Positions 39,700 through 50,126 of a stretch of 64,000 bases of DNA are shown here, piece by piece. Source of the stretch: Raillietiella orientalis. Its lineage: Eukaryota. Under the pieces are notes generated by a model. That model was not told where the DNA came from. It did no database searches and saw only the letters and a program-made list of their open reading frames with translations. Where the stretch lies: NCBI GenBank assembly GCA_036172245.1, contig JAYWIR010000009.1:992001-1056000 (forward strand). Reading direction: 5' to 3'. Position numbers and translations under genes: made by a program. Position 1 is the stretch's first letter. Each line of letters starts with the position of its first letter.

Positions 39700-42600
39700 A
39701 ACTCACCCCTCCGCTAGTCGGACTGGGGACAGCCAAGCGGCCAGCAGCCTCCGTTCCGCCGCAGCTTCAGGGAGCTTCGCCGGCAGCAGCACACCATCGG
39801 CTGGACCGTCCAGAATTGCTTCGCCGACCGCGGCAGAGGTGTCAGGGGCAGCGTCTCCGAGAAGCGCCTTGCGGGGCCAACTTTGATGTCAACTTTCATC
39901 AACGGGGGACTGCTCACGAGAAGAGCCTTTTTCTTGGATTCCATCCATCGCACTGTGGACAAATGGATAGTGCAAATGCAAAGTAAATATTTCAAGATGT
40001 TTATTTCCTTCCATTATTGATGGTCACGTTCTTCAGTTGCGTCCGGAGGCCGTGTGCCGCCCCAGCTAGCAATGCGCCGCTGTCCTCGCTGAACTAAGGG
40101 ATGCGGTCTGGGCTGGCAGCAGCGCTTGGGATGGTTCCCACGGATCCCACCTACGCACGGTCATCGGCGAGGGAGTTCAGCCAAGCCTGCGGCGTTTCTA
40201 GGAGCCAAGGTTCATTGGGAGCTGCTCTTGTCAAGTAGAAAGAGTGCGCCGGCGTCACTTCTTCCCCACCGGTCCCCCACGGAACTGGATCAACCACCAT
40301 TCCTCGGCCTCTAGTTCCAGGGCTTGGTTTCTCCAGCTTGCTTTTCTCATCTGTTCGTCTGCCGCGCACAAGGAAAACGGGACGAAATATACATGTTGGT
40401 TCCATTCCCCAGGCAGCGACCTCTTCAGTTCCGCGAGCTCATCAGCGTGTGGCACCGACGAATCCTGATCATCGCTTTGCGTGCTCGTATAGAGAATTCG
40501 GGCATTGGCGCCGGCCGGCTCTCCGCACGTCGAAGCGATGCTCGTCGGAAGGTCGCTGCTGCTTGACCTGCTCGCGCGCATCCCCGCATCTGCTGGGGCA
40601 CTTGCTCGGCGAGAAAAGAGAAGAAAGCTCGTCTCAGCGAGGTCCATTCTCAAGATCTCACATAAAACGGGGCGCTTTTGGCATGTCGAATTACCTGTTA
40701 CTGGCGTGGGGAGACTGTCCTAGGGATGGCAACCGTTCGTCGAACAGCGGCATGTCTTCCTAACGAGAATCTACGAAAGCAGGCTCCTTGAAGTGGTGGA
40801 GTCGAACGCTCGCAATCGGTTGCCAAGGAGGATCCGTCTGCAGGTGTTCTACGGAAGACCATCCGGGTCCCGAGTGAGCTTCGAAGGCAGCCCTTCGGTT
40901 CCCGGAATTCGAAGGGAGGCTTGCCGGTTATGGCGAACTGGCGACCGGGGAAAGCAGTTACGTCACGTACTTGGGATTTCGCGAGCGCGTGCGTACGACA
41001 GCGTGCTCTAACGCCCCAGCCTGATCGCAACATCTGGCCTCTGGAAAGAGCACAGGAGCGCCCACCTCGTGGAGGTCTCCTTCCACTTCGAACGTGCTCA
41101 CAAATCTGCAGCGTGAGTGAGCTATGCAGCTCCATTATGTGCGAATATGCGCTTGATTTTCTGGGATCTCAATGGAGAGGTAGGAATTAAGGAAGTTTAA
41201 GGCCAGTATAGGCTCATCCTGCTCTTTTGAGCAGGATAAGCCTTTTTGGAAATTAGAGATAAAAGTGGTTATACACAATGCAGCTCAAATCTCTGAAGAC
41301 CCACTGAAGCTCTTAATAGACAAGTTCAAAGACAAAGTCACGGCAGGCGAATGTGAGGTTGGGTTGCACTGCTGGCCACCCGTGAACGGCATTGCGGTGC
41401 CGTCAGTGCAAGCAGTCAACCGCGCCGTCGCGCAATACAGCACAGGCGCAAACCTCAAAGCAGACCAACTTGCGTGGATCTCCACAGTGCTCACATGAAT
41501 GGTCTTCTTCCGGGAGGATGCTCAGTGCCAACTCTGATGGTCTGTGATGTTCAGAAGAATGATCAACGTAGGACGCGCAAGCTGAGGTTCAGACTCCGCA
41601 GTATGGGGCAGCATGCTTGCTGGGAGAGCAGGGAAGGGAGAGGCGCGAATCGAGAGACATGGCCAAACTGGGTGCGGCTTTTTTTACCTCTCAGTGCGCG
41701 CTGCCTCCCGTGAACTGGGACGAAGCTGCGAGGCTGCTACCGGGCGGGGAGCGCGGTTCACTCCTAGAAGAGCAAAGACGCAACCAGAAGAGCCTTCCAG
41801 CTTGGAAGAACATCCGACAGCTGAAAAAGGGGAAAGCCCTAGGAGAAGGAGGGCTGCCCGCACAATTCTTTCGGCGATTTGCATGGAAGTGAGTCCTTTG
41901 CGGCTGCAATCAGTAGCAAGCATGCACCCCACAGTGCAAGAGTCCATATCGTTCCGCTTCTCTAGGGCGCATCTCATTCCCAGGAATCGGGAACTGATTC
42001 TGCTTGCCAGTTGGACTCCCATCACAACTGTTCATGCGAGCGTCAAAGTGCTCTCCAAGTTTCGGGTGCCAAAATTGGGTTGAATTGCGGCAACGGTGAA
42101 CAGCATTCGAAAGTACGCGGTTCCCGGGCGGAGCAGGGATTCCAACTTCTTCTTTGAACGTTCTTGGTGCCAGGTCCAAATAGGACTACTGGAGAAAAGC
42201 GAACCACCAAGAGCAGCAGCGACTTAGGATAGGGCCAGGAAAGGCAAGCCCAGGATGCCGCGCATCGGGATGCCGGTTTAAGCATCTTGACGCTGGACAG
42301 GATCGAGCTGCAAGTGCTGTCCCAGATGTTGGCACTTTGTGTCAAACTATGGTCGATTCCTTGATGTGCTCACGCGCTCCTGCTACGCGGCTCTGCGCCG
42401 GCAGAGAAGGACTGCTTTTTTTTTTCATTTTCTTTTTTAAAAAGGGCAGTAGTGACTCCATGAAGAGATCGACACTATTGGCCTTGGGTTCTTCTTTTTC
42501 TTCTGTCATTCTTTCTTTTTTCCATCCAGCTTTTTTTTTCAAGCTGTTTTCTTTTTTTTGGTTCGCTAAGCACCTTAAGAGTCGGTCGTTGCCTCGCGGC

Positions 42601-43126
42601 GCACGTGGGTCTTTTTAAACACACTGTTTTGTTTCCACGCCACTCCGACTGAGGAAGCCCGCAGGGGGGCGTGTAATTCTTCAGGATAAGGGACACCATG
42701 GGATGGAGGTTCCGCCCTATAAATCCAGGACTGGCTCGGAATCCATTCCTCTCACCTCTGGGAGGGATCTCCGAAGGGAGACTCCATCCTGGTTGTCTCC
42801 GAAGGGACTTTCGGAGGGGTCCTCTCCACATTTCTTCTCCGAGGGGAACCCGGAAAGGATCTAGAAGGATTGCATAACCAGACGGAAACTCTCACTCCTT
42901 GATTCCTGGAAGGACCCGAAAGTCGACTCCCATTGTCCCGGCCCTCATCCTGGGCATCCGGTTTTAGCCGCTACCAGTGCCGCACCCGATGAATGTAGGC
43001 CAGTCAGCATCATCCCTCACCCACGATGCACCCATCTCTCGGCGTCCATTCTTTCCGAGTATTCGAACTCTCGACGCTTGGTACCACGCGCGGAGACCGC
43101 GTCCATGCGGCCTCTGACTGAAAGAG
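39700..43126 (-). mobile_element. Highly decayed non-LTR retrotransposon related to element B (element C)
   Basis: 42560-43126 is clearly homologous to the 5' UTR and ORF1 start of element B. Decayed knuckle CRNSTQFWH (about 42070-42095) and weak RT-like remnants (MDLAETSF, VPHADEL) in ORF 40255..40653. The 3' boundary is approximate. Confidence 0.6.
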
Positions 43127-43199
43127 TTCAGAAGAATCGAACTGATGAGGGCTAGTCGTGGAAATCAAAAATGGAAACCACGATCGTTCGCTTCTAAAC

Positions 43200-45611
43200 C
43201 TTCAGCCGCAACGATTAATACAGGGACTAATCTCTTGAGCACTGCTACTTGTCTTGCTTCCGATCGTTAACACCTTTCTGCTTCCATCGAACATCTCAGT
43301 GCCACAACTAACAACGATCGCTAACTGACGTCATGCTATTCAGTGCGGTGCCACCATTAGGAGTCTGATGCACATCTGCAAGCAAGCTTGGTTGTTTATG
43401 GAAAACCTGATGCAGCATTAATGAGCGGAAGAGCAAGTGAGAATGAATGAACTCCATGGAAACTGAATGGCTACGTATCCTGATGGTACTTGCGGACACA
43501 AAACGATCAGCAACACTTCAGCTTCTCAGAAACCCTTCGCCCCTCCCTGCTTTGTGTCTCAAGGTACACCCTGATTCACTGCTTTTCCAGGCGCACGACC
43601 AAAGCACTCCCGGGGGCGCTCATGCCCGATGGCTAAACACGAACGTCTCTTCATGCGTCCAACAGTAAAATCCTCATGAGCATAGGAGGCAGCTGGCATG
43701 GACTCCGACCAGAGACCCGCATTCTTGGAATAGATGAACATGTGCTCTTCCTAGTGCGAGCTGCTGAGCACCAGTCGCCGGAGACAGCCGGTGGCGCAGG
43801 TGCTGCCACCGGCTGTCTCCCAGGACTGGGCGCTGGGAAACGCTTCTCCGGAACCGCTCAGCCGCCGCACTGGTTCGCTGGTGGCGGGCGCACACCTCAT
43901 CTGGGAACGTAAGCTGTCGATGCTCCTCTGAAGGCTCTCGAAGGGAGAGTTGACGGCACTCGAGTCAGTCATGCTCTATGGGAACGCTTACTGTGCGCCC
44001 AGAGACGTCTCTGATGGAGAATCCCTCCTGCAAGGCCCCTGTTCCAAGAATGTAGGGCTCATAGAAAACCTCCTAAACGTGCTGTGGGCATTGACAGAAC
44101 ATTTGTCTCGAGACTCTTCGCCCCCTTCGCAGGGCTTCTGCGAGAACTGCTGCTGTGCCACCGACAGCGCTGCCCCCTTTCAGGGTACTGTACTTTCTGA
44201 GAGAGGTTCGGGTGAGTCAACTGTGTGCTGGCACCACAAGTGGCACGCCGATCTAGTCGACGAAGTGCTCCAGCGATGTGGTTTTGCTCATAACCGGTAG
44301 CCGTTGATGCCAGACGATTCCTCTACGGCGGAAGATGCGTGCAGCGCATGCGACTCTTCAGTGCCGGAGAGGGAAGTACAGAATGCATAGAGAGGAGCAC
44401 TCTTCCGATTCAAGTCCAACGTCCTCCTCGGAGGGTCTTGGACGGTCAGGGACTCCTGTGAAAGGGAACGGGGCAATTTCCTCCTTCCCTTGGCTTTTGC
44501 CTGACGACAACTGTGCACTTGTGCACCGATGCGATCGTTCTGCGTGCGTAACTTGCTGCTCGCACGCATGCTTTAGCAATCCATCCTCAGGCGAAGGCGA
44601 GAAGAAGATGTTGATACTGAGAACTCGTTGCTAGGTGGACGTCTGGCTACGTGGTCTTGGCCATCGTCTCTGCAGTCTCTACCAGTTTCCCCTTCGTGAG
44701 CGCTCCTCGTCGATCACGGGAGTTGTGAAAATGGTCTCGCTCACCTTCATTTTCAACTACCTTCAGCAGCTCCAACTACCTTCCAGCTCACTTCCTGGTG
44801 TTGCACTCGGTGTTTCTCCTCGAGGGTGGAACTGGTCTCCCACTGCTGTCAGGCACACGGGTAGCGCGTGCTCTTCGAATTCTGCCTTTGCATGACACGC
44901 CCGTCTCTATTGGTGCTCGAGGAAGCAGCAAGACAGCGGCACGGTGAACATTCTGTCTCGCAAGACCGTGAGGAAGATGAACTTCGCCAAGCCGCAGCAA
45001 GACCGATGATTACCGCTCTTACACCAATGATGAAGCAGCAGCTGGACGTTATCGCGCTACCGCTGAATCCGCAGAGCTCATTCGTATTAATAAGTAAAAG
45101 GCACCCCCGGTGCTCCGGAAGACCAGTGATTTCGGAGCTGCCTCTCACGCACGCAGCTACTGGAGCTGTAGGCGGTTGTCCGTGACATCCATCGCGCAGG
45201 CGGAAGTGGTGATTGTTCCTTGACGGGCGTGCTTTGCTGTGCACCTTCAGGAGACACAAAAGTCTCTCTACCTCTGTAGAGATATCTTCGTCGACAGTAA
45301 ATTTGCTAACGGAAGTGGTCTTTCAGGATAGATTGCCTCTGTTCTTGCAGGTAAGTCACCTGCCTGACCTAAAACACGAAGGTGATGTCTGACCAGGACG
45401 AATCCAGAGGAAGCTCTCGACAGTTCCATCCCCAAAAGATTACGAGAATCCTTTGGGTTTCTTCTGTTCGGGCTGTTTTCCTCTCAGCTTTCCTTCTTTT
45501 CGTGTTTCTTTTTTTTGGGTTTGCTAAATACTCGAGAATCGTCGTTTGCCTGCGGCTCGCGAAGCTCTTCAGCACCATCCACTCGAGGGTGCTTGTAGTA
45601 ACTCTTCAAGT
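43200..45611 (-). mobile_element. Highly decayed non-LTR retrotransposon (element D), host of element B; its 5' UTR resumes at 52768-52891
   Basis: 45520-45560 matches the ORF1-start motif of B (51875-51915) and C (42560-42600). Joining 45611 to 52776 restores GTAACTCTTCAAGTTACAGAGCACCCTG, collinear with the family 5' UTR. Only weak coding remnants (GWNCREL, LTFPDEV). Confidence 0.55.
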
Positions 45612-45849
45612 AATGGTTCATCACTCGGTCGCACCAGGATATTTATTATGAATATACACATATAGGCCAATCCGCCCTACACTTTCCGAAAATGTTCGGA
45701 ACCTATCGAGTAACCGGCACGTAGTCGGCGAGGATCGAGTCGACAGCGAAAGAGGGAAGGAAGAAGAAGAAGAAGGGAGGGGGGTAGAAAGTAAAAATAA
45801 AACAAAGAAATACATACAAAAAATTGGGAGGGTCAGGGAAGGGAACACC

Positions 45850-48800
45850 GAGAGCTGGAGGGCACCCTAAACATCCTTTCCAGGATGCCGGCAAGTTCCA
45901 TCCGAATATGCCCTAAGTGGGCTGCCACCTGCAGGAAGCGCAAAGCGAAGCAGATGGCGTCCCTCTCCTTCCATCCTTCTCTCGCATAGCTCCAGACCGC
46001 AAGAGCCCTACTCAGACAACAAAGAGCTGTTGGGGATGCGGCAGGCAAAGGGGCATCGCGTGCGAAGAGGTGCTTTATCACGTCCCTGGAAGCGTTCATT
46101 GGTGCACCTAGAGCCATTGCGAGACGCAACCACAGGAGCCTGAAGGCAACGCAGGTAACATTCAGGTGCGGCAGAGATTCTTGCTCTCCACGCCTGCAAC
46201 AAGTGGAATCCACAGCCCCCCCAGGTTGAGTGAAATCGGCGGGCGTTGCTGGGGATTCCCGATTGCAACACCAGAAACGAGACTCCTGTCGGGAAGAACC
46301 CGGGTATTCCTCAGTACTGGGGGCCACTCGAGTACATCCAGCGGGATGCTCAGCAGCTCGCTCCAGAGCAATAGACCTTTCGGTGGGGCACTTGGGGTCG
46401 CAGCGTCAGTCAGCTGTCCCGTGGTCCAACCATCTTGTTTCCTCTCTCTCGTGGAGATTCTACATCGGACCTGCCACTTGGCCGGCTGACTACTGCCCAG
46501 ATGCTCCCTGAGGGATGGAAGCACTGCATCCAGGGAGGCTCCTTCGGCCCACGCACACGTGGTGGGCTGCACCACCACATCCTGCAGCGAGCGGTTGTTG
46601 TAGAAGGAGTGCAGCACTCGCTGCTGCATCTTCGGACTCGCTTCGTTGTTCTTCGTTGGCCCAGTGAGAACGGTTCCCTGCAACCAGGCACTACCGTTCG
46701 CGGTCCGGCAGAAGATCCAGTTGTCGGTCCTGGTCAGCTTGACCACTCGCCGGAGCTCCATTCCGCAGCTGGACACGTTGAGCCTACGCCGTAGCACCAG
46801 GAACGGAGACAGACTCACGTTTGCCTCTGGCTCGCTGAACCAGGTGTCGTGCAGGCTGGCACCAGCTGGTGCTCCACAACTGCGCCACTAGTACGAGTGT
46901 CCTCCACTGGAGGGGCGGCTCCAGAGGCTCCAGCCAGCATCAGGAGGCTGAGGCCTACGTCACGATGCGGAGCGCACAAGTCCTTCAGGCGGACTCGGGA
47001 CCTCTCTGTGCCCCACAGAGTGATTCTGAGGAGGTCCTTAGTCCGCCTTTTAATGCTACTTGGTGGAGGGCAAACAAAAAGCAGGGTGTGGAAGAATGGG
47101 GCCACAAACGCATTCTCCGCCACGGTTCGTTCCGCCAGAGAGAGGTTCTTGCCATCCTGGAACGGGCTGATCGCCGACTCTGCCATCTGGAAGCAGCTGG
47201 ACCATGCCTCTGCCGAGGGGTAGTCCCCCGACGGTACACCAAGGTACCTAGAGAACCGAACCGTGGGGATCCCCAAACGGATCCAGTCCAGCTGCCTCAC
47301 CCACGCCGAACCGACTGCTACCACGAGTGCTTTCGCCCTATTCACCTCCAGTCTTATCTCACATTTAGCAGCTCGAAAAAGCCCTCGAGTCCCGGGCATG
47401 AGGTGCAGCAGCAGAAGATCGTCTGCATACGCAGACACGGCCGGTGTGCCTGAGCACGCGTGCGACAGGAAAGCCAGAGTCTTTCTGTGTACCCTCAGCA
47501 TCAACTCGAACTAGGTGATGAAGAGCAAAGGGTTCAGGCTGTCGCTTTGCCGTATTCCGCGGCGCACCGGCGCACCGAACACGTTTTGTCCTCTGAAAGA
47601 AATGTTGGCTAGCGCATCGCACCAGCAAGAACGCAGAAAGGCCATTAAAGAGGCCGGGAAGCTCACGAGTCCCAGGAGCTCCAGAAAAAGCTCCTGGTCG
47701 ACGTAGTCGAATGCTTTGTGCAAGCTGACTGCGGTCGCAAGGGCCTCCACTCCCTCCCGACCGTCTCGTGTAACCACCGGCGGGCGCCCAGCATTTCGGG
47801 TTGCCAACAGTGTTCCTTTCATTCATTCTTCCTCTCTGGAAATGCAGGCAGTTACTTGCAAGGAACAGGCTGGGATCCATACTTTGCCCGGGAACAGCAT
47901 GAGTCTGTTTCGGGATAATTACGGACTTTGCCGTCCAGCCTTATCGCTCCGACCACAGTTTCGCCAGCAACTGAACGTCTGAGTTCAACACGGCGATCGG
48001 ACACCGCTGCTGAGGTTCTTAGGCGTCCTCCCTTCGGGAGGAGACGCATCTGCGCTGATTGAAAGGAGGCGGGAACCTCGCTTGTCTCTCGAATCAGCAT
48101 CGTTAAGAGCTGCATCAGAGGAGTCAGCTCCGCCCAAAGCACTGAAAGAACTCCGCGGACAGGCCGACCTCCCCTGGCTGCTTGCGCCTGCTGAGCTTTT
48201 CGATTGAGGTGATGATTTCACCCACAGTGAAAGGCTCGTCGAGGCGTGCTCTCTGCTTCTCTATTGTGGGGAGCCTTCTGGAAGCAAGAACCGAGAAACG
48301 CCCCGCTCCGGAAGTGCCCTAGCATACAGGGAAGAATGAAATCTTCGCACCAGGAGCTTTACCTCTGCCGGGTCCAATTGCTCCTGACCGTCGTCGTTTA
48401 GCAAACTCGCCGACCCGAATTGCCAGGCTTGCCGTACGACCCTGGCTTTGTACTCCGCTAGTCGGCGGATGTCCGGTGTTCGGATGCAGCGACGAGCTTG
48501 CAAGTACTCTTTCGTTCCCCAAACCGTCAACGAATCCGCCTGAAAGACGGTCCAGGAAAAAACTCTTAAAAAACTCTCGGACCGAGACCATCAAATAGTC
48601 CCAGTCGTCGAGCGTCTGCACGCTGCAACCTTGCTGCAATGCGCAGTGTTCCTCTGCACCTAGCATGTTGAGCCAGTCCCTCGAAAGTCCCCACGACTGC
48701 GAGGAGGGAGGGTCCCCTGTCACGCGGAGGAATTTCAATTTCCAACCGGGAGTGATCAGAGGGCGTGGACCGCAGCTTTCTTCGCCTCCCCACGCGGAAT

Positions 48801-50126
48801 TGCAGATGCTCGTCGAGGAAGATGTGGTCGATGCTCCCCTTCATCCCGGGCTTCCGTGCTGTTAAACTTAGACGCGTGTATGGCCGCACACATACCGTCA
48901 ACCGAGGTAGCCTCTTTCTTCGCCGCACCTGACAGCAGACGCACGTTGAAGTCTCCTGCTATCAGGTGTGCCTTGCGCATGCCTACCTTGAGCCACTTGC
49001 GGCGCCATGTAAACATTCTTCTCCTTATCTTCCATCGGAGGATCTGATGAAAGACCAGAACAAGTGGACCAGCCTGGCCGCCACGCCCCTTGCCGCAGAG
49101 CTTCTGCCCTCAAGGCAACAGACGACAGTTGTCAACCGGCAAGGTGGGAGGTCGCCTGCACTATCGCAGGAGCAACCTGACCCATGGGCGGCTGCAGGAC
49201 GAGAAAGCTGTTTCATGTGCTCCCCGAGGAACTCGTGATCCTTCCCTCGTGTGCGGACACTTCTGTGTTCCCCCTCCCGTGGAAGCGGGACGTGATCTTG
49301 CTGGTGCATTGAGGCTTCCATTGCAACCAGCGTAGCAACGTTGTTTTCGGGGGAGTTACCTCACTCGACTGTAAAAGGTGCGGAGCAGTGGAAACGCTCC
49401 CGCACCTTCTTTTCGACTGCAGTGTCCTCCAAGGACTATGGCGGAGGCTGGCTTCAACTCCTGCACCAGGGGGATACCTCAGTAATTTTGATGCGCCACT
49501 TCTTCATGCCAGGCGGCCTGTCGTTGGGTGCAGTGGTCGCAACGGTATGTTACATTCGCGTTATCGACAAGGCCCACCTACAGCTGGAGTCGCAGGCGAT
49601 TCGTCGAGAGGCCACCCGAATAGCCGCTGTGAACATGACGTCGGCTGTCAGGTGGCCTCATCTTCCAGAAAACGTCAGGAAAGAGATCTCCGGCATCCAA
49701 CGTCGGTTTTGCAAGAAAAGAACGGCCGTAGCCAAGGACCCCTGTCCCTAACCCTCCCCGTATCTTTATTCATATTTTTTTATATGTGTATTTGTGGTCC
49801 CCTCCCTCCCGCTCCGGACATGAGGATTTCCCGACCTGGGTGCCGTGGAGCCCTCCCTTCGTTTTTCTGTGCCCTTTGTCCGGAAACTTTGTTCCTGCAT
49901 GATTTAATAATAAACGCCCGGGCGCACTCGGGTGAGAAGGAGCTGATCGCGCGCTATCAATCTTTCTTGCGTGTTCTGCCGAGATCTGGTGGATCTCCTG
50001 CAGGAGCACGAGGTCAAAAAGTTGCAAGGCGTCAGCTGTGTCTCGTCGTCTCCTGCCGTCGTCGTGAAACCCGTTGACGTTCCAGTTAGCAACGCGCAGT
50101 CGACGACAGGTGGCGAGTGCCGACAT
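45850..50126 (-). pseudogene. ORF2 (AP endonuclease + reverse transcriptase) of element B, disrupted
   Basis: Motifs are spread over ORF-track entries 49770..50126, 48756..49016, 48566..48928, 47852..48142, 47511..47822, 46815..47504 and 45833..46327. Confidence 0.88.
49089..49913 (+). mobile_element. 5'-truncated non-LTR retrotransposon (element G) inserted into the endonuclease domain of element B; TSD ACGCCC
   Basis: C-terminal zinc finger DCKRCGAVETLPHLLFDC (about 49368-49420), pyrimidine-rich 3' UTR and TTAATAATAA tail; ACGCCC at 49083-49088 and 49914-49919. Confidence 0.85.

Noticed and set aside
43136..43190. CTGATGAG...GAAA next to the 5' end of element C as a hammerhead ribozyme
   Set aside because: No stem II closes between CTGATGA and either GAAA, and there is no stem III or NUH site in register.
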